Of a stretch of 64,000 nucleotides of DNA, positions 27,601 to 40,163 are shown in pieces (within the stretch, counting starts at the first letter, position 1; the number at the start of each line of letters is the position of its first letter). Origin of the DNA: Octopus vulgaris. Taxonomy: Eukaryota. The DNA lies in contig OX597815.1 of assembly GCA_951406725.2 (NCBI GenBank), positions 38,192,001 to 38,256,000 of the forward strand, read 5' to 3'. The notes beneath the pieces are model-generated. The model worked only from the letters and a program-made list of their open reading frames with translations. It did not search any database and was not told the DNA's origin. The position numbers and the translations under genes are program-made.

Positions 27601-30600
27601 GACCCTTAACTATCAAATCCTTCATTTTGCCCAAATTCAGACGGAAAACCCTAGCAACGATGTCGTGTCGATGGGTGTGAGATTGACCCGGGAGGAGTTC
27701 GCGAGTGATTTCGTCGCAGCTGGGATTGCACGTGTAGGTGATAAAGAGGTCCGGCCGGCCGTAAATGCGCACGTAGGTCAAGGCGTCTTGGGTCCTTTCA
27801 CGCATATATCGCGGTCCTCCCGTGAAGGTGGAGGGTAGAATGCATGGCTTGCCGATGTTGCGAGGGTCATTTTCTTGTTGCAAACCGTCACGGAGATGAA
27901 TGTAGGAGTCGGAGCGAAGTTTGGTCTGATTAAGTTTAATGTATAGCAGCCTTTCCGATTCCATTCTTGCGGCCATGTCGACGGCGAACTGGTTGAATAG
28001 CTGACGACAACGGGGCAATAAGTTGAACTCACCCTCCCTGACCATGAACCGGTATGAGTAGAACGTCCTGCAGGAAACCGTCTTTGATGCCGCAGTAGTT
28101 TGATTGGAGGGCTGCCGTAAAGGAATTCCGAAGTGGTAGCCGTCTTCCCCATAAGGGAAAAGCAATGGATACTGAAGCGCGTCATAAGATCTGTGAGTCT
28201 CGCTGATCCTGTGTAGGTTGTTACCACGGGAGGAGATGATTATGTCACGGCTGTTGTGTTGCTCTCCGTGTATAACTGCGGCAATTTCGTTGCACGCAGG
28301 TGCGTTGAAACGGCGTTCGTGCTCCCCGTGGGGTCGTTTATCAGCATCAATGACAACGGTGAAGTTTGGAGATGGAGCACTGTCCAAGGCATATCTGAAG
28401 CTGCAGACGTAGCTGTTGATATCATGAAGCATGGTTTGGAGACGGAGAAGAATGTCTTTGCGGGGAACATAGCTTGTACCCGGTATTATTCCAAGGCGTG
28501 CATCAACCTGGTGGTTGTAGTCGGCAATGAAGTATATTTGGAGGAAAGAAGACTGCTGAATCTCGTCTGGCAGAAGTGACCCAATAAGATGGTAGACCTG
28601 TCCCTGCACTTTGAAAGTAGGCATCCAGCCTTCTCTGGGAGGAATTTTGGCCCCGAAAGAGGTCATTTGGAATGAGCAGTTGTACTTTCGAATTATTTCA
28701 AGGAATTGTGACGAATCGGGGGTTAAACCCGCCGCGAGATCCTTCAGTGGTTGAGGTGGTTCCCGTAGGGGTGGCAGGTCCACTTTGCCACCAGAGCAGC
28801 ACAAACCAGGTGGCTCTCCGGGCCATTTCTTGGCTTTGCAAAACTGGCATACAATTGTCATTGACCCTATCTTGATGTCGTCACGCAAGGAGAAGTTAAT
28901 TGTGGCGTCGTAGTTGAATGCTAGTGACAACCAGAAAGCGGGGGCAGGGGTACGTACACCACGAATGATATCCCGACGTTTGTTGATACTCTCAAGTCGA
29001 GTGCACCGTGCCTCAGCAGATTCAGATGCACGTGCGACAGCGGTAGCAGTGGCATCCCTTGAAAGCCTTTCAGCTCTCGCCTCAGCACCCTCTGAAGCCC
29101 TAGCAGAAGCAGTGTTAATGGCATGTCTGGATGTCCGAATAGTCCGTTGGTGTGGAGTTTCGGCAGATCGAGCCCTGGCTGTGTTTGCGGCGTTAGCAGC
29201 TTGGCGAGCTCTCCTCTGTTGAGGTGTTTCGGCAGCTTTGGCCATGGCTTTGTTTGCGGCGTCAGCATCTTGGCGAGTTCTCCTCTGCTGTGAGGTTTCG
29301 ACAGATCGTGTCCTGGCAGTGCTAGTGGCGTTAGCCGCATTCCGAATGGCCCTTTGTTCGGGGTTCTCGCGAGCTCTGCGGATGGAAGCACAGTAAGAAG
29401 CCCGCATGTTTTGGCTGGACTGTTGCTCTTTCGTCAACCTCGAGCGGAGGGAAGATCTGTACGCTGCGACCCTTGCAAGTCGGGTAGAACGGTCGCTAGT
29501 AGTTTCAGATGCCTGAGCAGCGGCATAACGGGAAGCTGTTTGCGAGAGGCGCAAGGCGGTTTCCTCGTGGGTCTCGCGTGCCCTTCTAGCCCTAGCAGCC
29601 GATGCCTTGGCCGTCCGAGGGCTGAGGAGGGTCCTTCTCTTCTTGGGTGGCATTTTGGTGGATAGCAATGTGTTTGGCAAAGGTGTAATAAAAAGGAACA
29701 CGTGGGGTAAGTATTTTGGTGGATAGCAATGTGTTTGGTAAAGGTGTAATAAAAAGGAGCTCGTGGGGTAAGTATCCGAAAATGTATAAAAATGTACAAA
29801 AACGGCCAAAAAGCTGGCAGCAATGTGAGTGACAACAACGAAAAAGTCAAAAGTGATCAAACTGAACAAACGAAAGGAAAAGTTTTTTGATGCACACGAC
29901 AAAAGTGGTTTATAATAAACCAAGAGTTTGCAAGTAGCGTCCGAGGACCGTTAGGGTACGTCAAAAATTGAAGGTAAAACGTTTGGGGTGGTAGTTATAA
30001 AGAAAGTTTAAACCAAAAAAGTATTCGAATAACTTGCGGCTGCAGCAGCTATTAGCAGAAGTGGCGGTGTTGGGGGTAAAGTCTCGAATGTAATTTCTTC
30101 CTGGTAGGAATTGGTTGGATCGAATTATCGATAGCTAAAAAGGTCAAGTTGCGTCCCCTAGACAGCCTGGTTTGTGTTTAATACACAAATTTGTTTGCTA
30201 TGTGTGCCACATATGATTAAATTAACCGATTTTTACCAATAATGTATCCTATTGGAATAAAAAGGGCTATATAGCTCCTTGGAGCAGACATGATACTCGT
30301 TGTGAAAAAAAAAAAGATTCCTGCCAATTTGTGAAAGATATTGTCGAAAATATGTCATCTTGAATTTGAACGCGATTTCCCAAAATGGCATGATTTTATC
30401 GATTGTTTCTGATGGTAAGGTATTGCATGGAAAACTAACGTCAGAATTGAGTTTCTTAGGGTAACATTAAGCTTCACCATGAGTTTGGTGAAAATCGATT
30501 GCAAGTTGTGAAAACTACCATAGATAATGCGTTGCATAAAAAAAGCTTAGATTCTCGAGTTGCGTCCCCTAGACAGTCTGTGGTTCATGTTTATGATTCT

Positions 30601-30805
30601 CAACCCCATGTCGAATTTATCAATTTTTTTCAGAACTGGGGGAACTTTTCAAAATTTTCGCTGCGTTAGTTTTGAATTATGACATTGGGCTATGTGTGTG
30701 TCAAGTTTCATCAGAATCGGTTGAAAGCCGTGGTCAGGGTGAGGGTACGAGAAAACAGACACACAGAAGCACGCACAGACAAACTGCCGTTTATATATAG
30801 AGAGA
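24665..30805 (-). mobile_element. Near-intact autonomous Helitron (~6.1 kb)
   Basis: 5' A|TCTCTCTATATATAAAC at 30805. 3' hairpin cccgggcaacgccggg near 24673-24688 ending in CTG|T (variant of CTAG). Rep/helicase ORF inside. The 3' end abuts a (TA)n tract. Confidence 0.95.
24783..29653 (-). CDS. Helitron Rep/helicase transposase (one frameshift near 25070)
   Basis: Likely start MPPKKRR at 29653. 23-aa repeats, CQFC...LCC zinc motif, HUH Rep motifs PDLFITYTCNP / VEWQKRGFPHAHIL / YVCKYINK, PIF1 helicase motifs APGGTGKT, WDE, GDFRQ. The true C-terminus (FPVKLCFAMSINKSQGQT...GQLYVGCSRV...NIVYTEVFQ*) is in the 24783..25145 frame. Confidence 0.93.
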
Positions 30806-30997
30806 TATAAAGTAGTGTAAGATGTAGATATAGAAAATCACGTAATTTTCACAGTGAGCTCTGCATTCGAAATTCGTTAACCAGTCTAAATAGTAAAATA
30901 GTAATTGATCACTATTGTCGAAAGTAATGTATCGGTGTATTAAAAGTCAAGACTATCCGAGCAAGAAATTTCTTCCGTCAGTAATACACGCAAACAC

Positions 30998-31071
<74 letters not shown>

Positions 31072-31169
31072 ACACACACATACACACACACACAAAAATA
31101 CACACACAAATACACACACACACATATATATATATATAAATGTTATTTCTAAATCTCTCTAAAGGAGAC

Positions 31170-31202
<33 letters not shown>

Positions 31203-31207
31203 GTATA

Positions 31208-31252
<45 letters not shown>

Positions 31253-31278
31253 GTATATATATGTATATATATATATAA

Positions 31279-31309
<31 letters not shown>

Positions 31310-31644
31310 AATTAGAGAAAAACCACTAACATGTAATTCAAACAATGATAGACATAAACCAAATCATAAAGAAAAAATAAAATATATTATAAAACAAATA
31401 ATTAGATCACAAAAAGTACAAACAATGAATAAACAATATATAATAAGTAAAATATATAACATATATAACATTCCACCGTCGTTGCTTATTATTTTATCGT
31501 TGTACTGAAAGATGCAGAAAAAACACAGAAGGCTGTGTAGATTATGTGGATGCATGTTTTGAGAAAGCCTATACATACATACATACATACATACATACGC
31601 AAACACAAATTATAACATATATTGTAACATATATATTATATAGA

Positions 31645-32500
31645 GAGGGTGTTCCAGAAGTCGTGGTCAAATTTTATATTGAATATATCGAAAACTATCA
31701 AGGACATAAAAACGCATCTGATATATTCTGAAAGCTTGCAATTTCAGTTTTTTATGGAATGTTCAAAGATGTTCAATGCGAGCACCGTTGGTCACACGAC
31801 ACACATCAAGCCGATGGTCCAATTCTTGCCAAACGCGTTCCAGCATTGCACTGTTGATGGTTGCAACAGCTTTCGTTATTCGCGCGATCAGTTCATCCAC
31901 GTCTTTTGGAAGGGGAAGCACATAGACCAGTCCTTTCACAAACGCCCAAAAAAACTCGCAGGGTGTGAGATCTGGAGACCTGGGAAGCCAGGGTATGAGA
32001 ACACGATCATCTCGCCTAGACCGTTCAGTCCATCTTTCTGGTAGAGTTGTGTTCAGATACTGTCTAACCCTGAGGCTCCAGTGCGGTGACTCCCCATCCT
32101 GTTGGAAAAGGAAGTCCCTACTGGCTCTTCTGATCGATTTACGGGGGCTCCGCTCGAAGGCAGTTTGAACTCGATCAACCGTATCATCTCAAGTTGAGAG
32201 ATGTCCCGTTCTCTTAGCTGGGCACAAACACCCACCCTTCATGAATTTACCATGCCATCTCTATATGGACTTCCTTTCTGGTGCCTCTTTTCAGAATTTT
32301 GTGCGAAATGCACGTTGAACAAGTGTCCATGATTCAGTTTTTGTAAATTCAAGGACGCAAAACGCCTTTTCTGGTTGAGTGAACGCCATTACTGGATCTG
32401 AAAAAATAGGAAAAAATCATTAGCATTTCACGAAACTTACTACCAGTCATAGTCCAGAAGATATGAGGACTTGAAATGTGCTCAAGACTTCTCGAACACC

Positions 32501-32503
<3 letters not shown>
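31645..32503 (-). mobile_element. Internally deleted Tc1/mariner-superfamily element
   Basis: TIRs (c/g)agggtgttc..gaagtc at both ends, TA at the right end. Minus strand FQQDGESPHW...WLPRSPDLTPCEFFWAFVK. Confidence 0.85.
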
Positions 32504-32566
<63 letters not shown>

Positions 32567-33047
32567 GAATATGCAGATAAATAGATAGACAGATAGAGAG
32601 AGGGGGAGAGGAGATAGGGAGAGAGAGTGGGAGAGAGGGAAAAAGAGATAGATAGAAATATATACACAAATATACATTCAGTGCTAATTTATTGGTAGCT
32701 TCATTCGAGTTTTTATATAGTATTGTCTAGTTCAGGGAGATATGAGACGTGAAGATAGATTGATTTTTGTATGTGAATTCCAGGATATCTAACATTCTTC
32801 TTAATATGTGAAAATAATACGACTATGTTTTCCTCAATATGTCTGTTCAGCAGTATACCGTAAAATTGTATATTGGTTAATTGATGTAAATGAAGGAAGT
32901 TAACTCATCAGATCACTGGAGCATCATTGTTACATCTACGATTCAACAGTTTATATGTATGTGTGTGTGTGTGTGCATGTGTGTATGTATGTAGGTATGT
33001 ATGTATGATTGTATGCATGTATTCGTGTATGCATGTATGTATGTTTA

Positions 33048-33601
33048 TGTCAGGTCACTTTCGAGTGCTACTGGTAACAAGTAACCCAGTACAACCTGTT
33101 GCATGGTCGGGTCGTCGGCGACTAAACCGGCAACCCACCAAGCTTGCTTGGTGAGGAGGCTGTTTATTGGAGACCCTGCGGGATGAAAAACAAAACCTGT
33201 CAAAGGGCGGAGGAACTCTTGAGAGTCAACGGCCATCCAATAAATGTCTTAAGGCTGTATCATGCGCGGGGGCATAGAAATAATCGGACTGAATACCCGA
33301 TCGCGCGGTTAAACTATTGGGAGTGAAGGACTCCTAGCCTTTGTTAGGGCATCCTTCTAGGAGAAGGTAACTCAGGTAACTGAGATAACTCCGATATAAA
33401 ACCTGCGGCTCAGTGGTTACCGATGATGTTGACTTGTTCTTCTTTTCGGATTATGGCTGCTGTTGCTTAGCGAGTGAGATTGACTCAGTGCACAGCCTTT
33501 CCTCACTTTAAAAATAAATCTTCTTGCACAGGCATAGCACGATAACAACATTGATTAAGCTTCGTGCAATGGCCATACTCGTTAACGAGGGGGCAGCCAC
33601 C
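33048..33601. mobile_element. Unclassified ~550-bp element inside a (TATG)n tract, RTE 5'-UTR-like
   Basis: Sharp boundaries against (TATG)n on both sides. Contains gggcatccttctaggagaaggtaactc, resembling a motif I recall from RTE 5' regions. No credible ORF. Confidence 0.5.
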
Positions 33602-33879
33602 ATGTATGTATGTATTGAGCAAGCTGTCGCTTCTGGTCGGAGACATTAAGTGTTCTTTGATACTCGGCGTCGTGAAGAGGTTTCCCAGGACATTATCCTG
33701 CAGTTATCGGCATAGGCGCAAAACGCATACACTATTTTATGTGTCATTGATAACATTTGATTTTGCTTCACAGGTGCTGCGTCACAGAACATCAGCAAAT
33801 AGTCTTTACACCATTCGCATATGTCTCCGTCTAGCCAAGCTGCTTGTATCGAAGTGTGTCGTGCATAAGACGCTAAAGA

Positions 33880-34385
33880 GCTAAAACAACAGTCAAATAT
33901 TGAAACTCACTGTTCTCATTAACCTTCGAGGCAACGTTGAAGAGTATTAAGCTCACTGCAGCATTAGTCATGAAACTTGACTTAAACACCGTTATAAAGG
34001 ACTGTATTTTGAGAGCACTTGTGGAAAATAGAATCCAACTTAAATAAAGGAAAATATTCGAAAAGAATACTTCAAAAGAGTAATACTGGTCCTGGAAACT
34101 GAACTGGACTCTAAAAATTGTAGTGTAGCTCTCAGTAATTTAGTTGTACTTGTAGTGCAATGGGGTTTCAGAAACTGGATAGAAAATCATTACAGATTTC
34201 TCATATCCGACAACGTACTTTTAGTATGCATCGACCGTCTCTACTTACTGAAAAAAGAAGCTGAAAGGGGACTAATACAACATGGATTGTCCTATAAAAC
34301 GGTCACGACCGGGCTGGAAATTTATCTAAGCAAAATTAGACAGAGGATAAGGATATTGGCAAAAGACTACAGAAACACCCCGTAC
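33880..34385 (+). mobile_element. Dong/R4 LINE fragment downstream of the RT core
   Basis: KEYFKRVILVLETELDSKN...IDRLYLLKKEAERGL is homologous to the 14000-14260 region. Confidence 0.65.
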
Positions 34386-34578
34386 TGAAAGATGCAGAAC
34401 AAAAAAAAACCAAAAAAAAAACAGAAGTCTGTGTATACTATGTGTATGCATGTTTTGAGACAGCCTATACATACATACATACATACATACATACATACAT
34501 ACATACATACATACACACGCACGCACGCATGTACGCACGCAAACACAAACACACACATACACACATGCACATATATAT

Positions 34579-34888
34579 ATATTGTTATATTTCGAGAAGA
34601 TCGTTCGTTTCTTGTTACATGAACACACGCAAATATATATATATTCGTTCTTCACTCGTCAATTATTGCTCTTATTTTATCTTATGTCCATTGTCTGTAA
34701 ATTTGTTCAGGAGGAAACACGTGGGATAAAGGAGTCCCTGAAGAGGTCACAGGTGTCTGACGTTAGATCTCTAGACAATGGGCATCAGATAGAAAAAGAT
34801 AAATAACAGTAAACGAGAAAAGAACGAATATATAGTGTGTGTGTTTCTTTGGCAACAACAAAATGACTATCGCTAAATATAACAATAT
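34579..34888. repeat. Diverged fold-back (arms ~115 bp, ~75-bp spacer)
   Basis: atattgttatattt...tatattcgttctt...ccattgtct pairs with agacaatgg...aagaacgaatata...aaatataacaatat. Confidence 0.75.
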
Positions 34889-34984
34889 CTGTTTCAATAC
34901 ACGATTCCGCATCAGGGATCTTACAAAACAAATTCCTAAATTTGTGTGTGTGTGTGTGTGTGTGTGTATTTGTGTGTGTGAGTG

Positions 34985-35038
<54 letters not shown>

Positions 35039-35302
35039 ATAAAGCAAAGCAGCGATGGAAAAACAAACAAATTTTAGGTTTGTGACGTATTCCAACATCC
35101 AAAGGCAATTTCAGTGCAGTTTACCTTCGGAAAAGACTAATTTCTAGCTCATGGTTCGAAAAAAAACATTCTCAACACAGTGACACACTCTGTTGGACCT
35201 CTACAAGGGGTCCAGCAGAGTAAAGTTTCTGGACATATTTAGCAATGCAATACTTATTGAACTTATAATTCTCCCCCAAGTTATTCATGCAATATTTTTT
35301 GC

Positions 35303-35388
<86 letters not shown>

Positions 35389-35455
35389 TACAGCCACACA
35401 CCCGCGAACACAAATAGCCACCACACACACACACGCATACACACATACACACACA

Positions 35456-35523
<68 letters not shown>

Positions 35524-35880
35524 GCCACACACCTGCGAACACAAATAGCCACCACACACACACACACATACACACGTCAAAATATTTATAAATATACGTG
35601 TATGTATGCATGTATGTATTTATATATGAGTATATACAAATGTATGTCTATATGTGTGGGTTTGTGCGTGTCTGAGAGAGAAGGAGAGAGAGAAAGAGGG
35701 AGACAGACAGGCAGACAGAATGACAGACAGGAAGGGAAATTGAGAAATACGATCCACTTTATTAAACGAGAGGACGAAAGCGCAAAACATGCTATGGTGT
35801 ATAGCAGCAATCTAAAATAATTCGAGCATCAAAGATTTATATATACACACACACACGCACGCACACATATACATACATGC

Positions 35881-35914
<34 letters not shown>

Positions 35915-35928
35915 ATACGTATATAAAA

Positions 35929-36080
35929 GCGTAGGAGTGGCTGTGTGGTAAATAGATCAACCACATGGTTCTGGGTTCATCCCATTGCGTGGCTCCTTGC
36001 ACAAGTGTCTTCTACTATAGCCTCGGGCTGATCAAAATCTTTTGGGTAGATTTGGTAGAAGAAAACTGAAAGAAGCCCGT

Positions 36081-36133
<53 letters not shown>

Positions 36134-36358
36134 TGTGTGTATGTGTGTGTGTGTGTGTGTTAGTCTGTGTTTGTCCCCCTACAATCGATTGACAACTGAT
36201 ACCGGTGTGTCTACGTCGCCGTAATCTAGCGATTCGGGCAAAAGAGATCAATAGAATAAGTACTAGGCTTACAAAGAATAAGTCCTGGGGTCGATTTGCT
36301 CGACTAAAAGCTGTGCTCCAGCATGGACGCAGTCAAATGACTGAAACAAGTAAAAGAA
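35929..36358 (+). mobile_element. SINE family A
   Basis: Full head and tail with internal (TA)n(TG)n. Confidence 0.9.
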
Positions 36359-36613
36359 TATATATATAGTACTAAACTCAATATGGTCTGATATAACTGC
36401 TTAAGTATTTATTTTGATACATTTCGAGAAGTAATTACATAGAGTGCTCAATATAGCTAGTCCACACATTTCAGTGCAGAATTCCTAGCGTGAGAATACA
36501 TATGCTGCGGGATTTCGAGTTTTCCTTTTCATCTTCTTTTAGTCAAAGACGACGCCTCTAGCTGGTCTTCTTCGAAGGTAAAAATGTTTTCAGAAACACA
36601 AACGCGTCCCTGA

Positions 36614-36653
<40 letters not shown>

Positions 36654-36717
36654 TGTGTGTACATATCTGCATATATATATATGTGTGTGTGTATGTGTGC
36701 GCGCACACGCATACACC

Positions 36718-36787
<70 letters not shown>

Positions 36788-36788
36788 T

Positions 36789-37011
36789 ATATAATGGTTG
36801 TATACTGTCAATCTAACAAGAACGTGACAGTAGGGGGTACACCACCGTTATATAGCCCTCGGAGGCATCGAACGCCTCCCTGACAGCTTCGACACATTTT
36901 ATCCTGTGTCGAAGCTGTCAGGAGGCGTTCGATGCCTCCTAGGGCTATATAACGGTGGTGTACCCCCTACTGTCACGTTCTTGTTAGATTGACAGTATTC
37001 AACCATTATAT
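36789..37011. repeat. Near-perfect palindrome (~107-bp arms, 8-nt loop) between (TA)n tracts
   Basis: Arms differ by two substitutions and one indel by eye. Loop ttttatcc at 36897..36904. Confidence 0.95.
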
Positions 37012-37061
37012 CGCTCCACCACCGTACACCTCTCTACGAGAGATTTAGAAACTCAATATTT

Positions 37062-37129
<68 letters not shown>

Positions 37130-37388
37130 TATATATATACGTATACACACACATATATATATACATTATCTTTTATTTATTACAGACATTTTGCTGCGGC
37201 CATGCTAGGGCAACGCCTTCAGAAAGATTTAGTCGATTGAAACGATCCAACTATTTATTATTTTTAAGCTTGGCACTTGTTATATCAGTCTTTAAGGCCG
37301 AACTGCTAAGTTACGGAGACGTAAACACACCAACACAGGATGTCAATCGATACTGAAGGACGAACAAAAACACAACGATGCACACACA

Positions 37389-37434
<46 letters not shown>

Positions 37435-37557
37435 CACACCCATACACATGTATATATGTATATGTTTGTGTGTCTGCGTCTGTCACCCCACCATCGATTG
37501 CTTACACGTTTCGGCAAAAGAGACCGACAGAATAACTACTAGGCTTACAAAGAATAA

Positions 37558-37810
37558 TCACCATGATCACCGTGACCGACCAGGCAATCAGATGTTGCTA
37601 CACATCGCTGGTCACAATGCGCTTCGCATTGTTTTAGCCTTCAAAGGACACCACCCCACTGGCAGACCAACAGAAGAAAGAGTGAAAGGAAGTTGTGGTG
37701 AAAGAGTACTGCAGGGATCGCCACCACCTCCTGCCGGAGTGTCGGGAATCGAAACCGCAATCCTACGACCGCGAGTCCGCTGCCCTAACCACAGGGCCAT
37801 TGCGCCTCCA
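37558..37810 (-). mobile_element. tRNA-derived SINE, family C, with RTE-derived tail
   Basis: Head ggaggcgcaatggccctgtggttagggcagcggactcgcggtcgtaggattgcggtttcgattccc. Tail gcattgtgaccagcg..tg..g.aacatctgat is shared with the RTE at 18470. Confidence 0.82.
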
Positions 37811-37913
37811 CACAAAGAATAATACAGTACTATATTTAAGAGATGAAGAACTATGGACATTATTTGCATTATATACATTTGATGGATATTTGTCCTCATC
37901 TTGTTTCTTTGCT

Positions 37914-37959
37914 AACACAACGTTTCGGCTGATATACCCACCAGCTTTCATGAGGTGTC
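37914..37959 (-). ncRNA. Minimal type I hammerhead ribozyme-like motif (core mutated)
   Basis: gacac CTCATGA aagctgg..tcagcc GAAAC GTT gtgtt: stem I, stem II and palindromic stem III present, G5 to C change in the core. Confidence 0.6.
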
Positions 37960-38029
37960 TTGGGGAAGTTTCGAAACTGGGTTTCCATTCCTAGGGTATT
38001 TTTTGATGTTGTTGTTGTTATTATTATTA

Positions 38030-38280
38030 TTGAGTGTGAGAGCAGTGCAAGCCATCAAAGTGACGCTGGGGTAAAATATACAAAGCCCATTATGCCCATC
38101 ATGAGTACACGTCTCATAAGGGTACACCTGGCACATGCATCACAACCATATATGCGTGACATGGTGATCTCATATCAAGATAAACAGCCCATGACCTTGC
38201 AGGTGGGGCACAGTTAGAATTTTCTTCTGGTCGAGTAGCCCATCCCGCTCAAAAGATTGCCTTTCAACCATTCTTGGGTA
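38030..38280 (-). mobile_element. Truncated copy of the 555-bp element with (TAA)n tail
   Basis: Reverse-complement match to ~61910..62163, abutting (TTA)n at ~38018-38031. Confidence 0.85.
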
Positions 38281-38281
38281 A

Positions 38282-39130
38282 CTAGGGCTTCGTGAGAAAA
38301 TGCTGAGACTTGTTGAAACAGGTATGGCCTTCCATTGCATCAATCCAGGGATTGATAACAGTTTCCAGTATCTTAATGTATCCAGCAACATTACTTCTAA
38401 GACCTTGTGGAAAGAAGTGGTGAGGTATCACATGACCTTCGCTACTCACCACTCCTAAAACTATCACAGTTGCTGGGAATTTCGTGTCCATCTCTCTGAG
38501 TACTTCAGAAGGATCTGCCCATAACTACCTGTCATTTCTTCTGTTAAACTTTTGATGCTGGTCGAAGTTATTTTGTCAGGGAAAAACCAAAGCATGCCTT
38601 GTTCATAAGGGTTTTATACTTTGTTTAGTAACCGTTTTGAACGGACGAGAGGGTTGTCCTGTGTCTTTGCAAACACGAACTGGTCTTTCCTCATTACATA
38701 GGACTTGCATCGAATGTCACGATGTACGACAGTTCTGATAGTCCACTCTGACATCCGAAGTTCTTTAGCAATGGACCTCATTGATCTTCTAGGGTTTTCA
38801 TCGATAATATTTTGAACATATTGAATAAATCCCGGTGTCCTTTTAGTGTTTGAGCGTTGCGAATGTGTTTTTCTCTTTGATACAGGTGAAACCACATGCC
38901 TCCAATTCCAACCGAACTTTGTGTACAAATGATCTTGCAACATTTAGAAAGTTGCTAATTTCAACATGTGGTTTGCATGTATGGCAAATATAACTTCATG
39001 TGTTTTCATTTCTTGAGTTAGCATGATTTCTTGAAAGGATTATCTGCAAAAATAAAATGGTACATTAAATAATTTGAAGGTGTAATGAACTAAAAACGAA
39101 ATGTCCTCAATTACCCATCGCACACATTAT
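38282..39130 (-). mobile_element. Mariner-like transposase relic (maT/DD37D-like)
   Basis: IDENPRRSMRSIAKELRMSEWTIRTVVHRDI HTH region and TKFPATVIVLGVVSSEGHVIPHHFFPQGL. Confidence 0.8.
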
Positions 39131-40163
39131 ATAGCTATAAGAACTTTTGGATGAAAATTCATAAATTCATAAATTCATAAATTCTTTAATTCATTGCTTT
39201 GCACGTTTCTACAAACCATGTGTGTTTTGTTGCTGTATCCCCCCCCCCTTTAGATACTGCGATTATGATTTTAAGGGGAGATTTTAACACATATGTTTGT
39301 TTCTTCAGGCAAAATATTGCATTTATTTCTGGTTTTATGGGATGTTTCGCTAAGGGATTTACATCAGTCAGAATGTCATTATTATTATTTTGACTTAAAC
39401 AATATGGAATGCTGGATATATGCTACGTATTTTACTTTGCATTTAAATCTGTGCAAATCGGCGTGTGTGGATAGGAAGAAGAAGAAAAGCGAGGGTAGAA
39501 ATCAATATTATAAAAGAAACAAAACTGGTTATGAATTTCTTTGTTTCGCAGTGAGCTCTCTATTCGAAAATCTGTTACCAGTCTAAATAGTAATCAATTA
39601 CATTGTAGTCGAGAGAAATGTATCCGTGAAAATGACAATCAAGAATATTCGAAAAAGATATTTTTTTCAGCGTGTAATAAATAAAGCAAAAGTTCAGGAG
39701 ATGAGAGACGTGAAGTTAGAATGATTCTTCCGTATGACCTCCGTAATATTCCAGCCGCTTCGTAACCTTCGCGTTTTATGAATCTCAGCATACAAAAATC
39801 ATACGTATATTTTTGAAATATATATGCTCAACTGTAGAATTGTATATTTACAAATTAATGCACATAAAGAAAGATAAATCATCAGATCACTGGAGCATCA
39901 TGGTCACATCTGTGCTGCAGCCGCGTATGTGCGTGTGTGTGTGTGTATTAATCAATAAAATTCCAACATTCCAGCTTAGTCTGATTTTCCCGTTTTATTA
40001 TTTGCATTTTTTACAATTTTACAATTATACAATTTTACAGCATTGAAATAAACTAGTAGTTTCATGTATTACGCAATCATCAGGTCTATATAATAACAGT
40101 CGTGTTTCACAACTGACAACATTTGACAACTAGAGAACACGACTGTCTGATGATTTCGTAATG

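Noticed and set aside
25593-29665. Plus-strand and alternative-frame ORFs within the Helitron
   Set aside because: Shadow ORFs of a GC-rich coding strand, with no motifs.
29654-29923. N-terminal ~90 aa of the 1735-aa ORF
   Set aside because: It spans a ~61-bp tandem duplication and low-complexity sequence. MPPKKRR at 29653 is the more plausible start.
37740-37810. tRNA gene (also 61467-61540 and the SINE heads)
   Set aside because: The tRNA-like boxes run into SINE bodies or simple-repeat tails, and I could not build a full cloverleaf.
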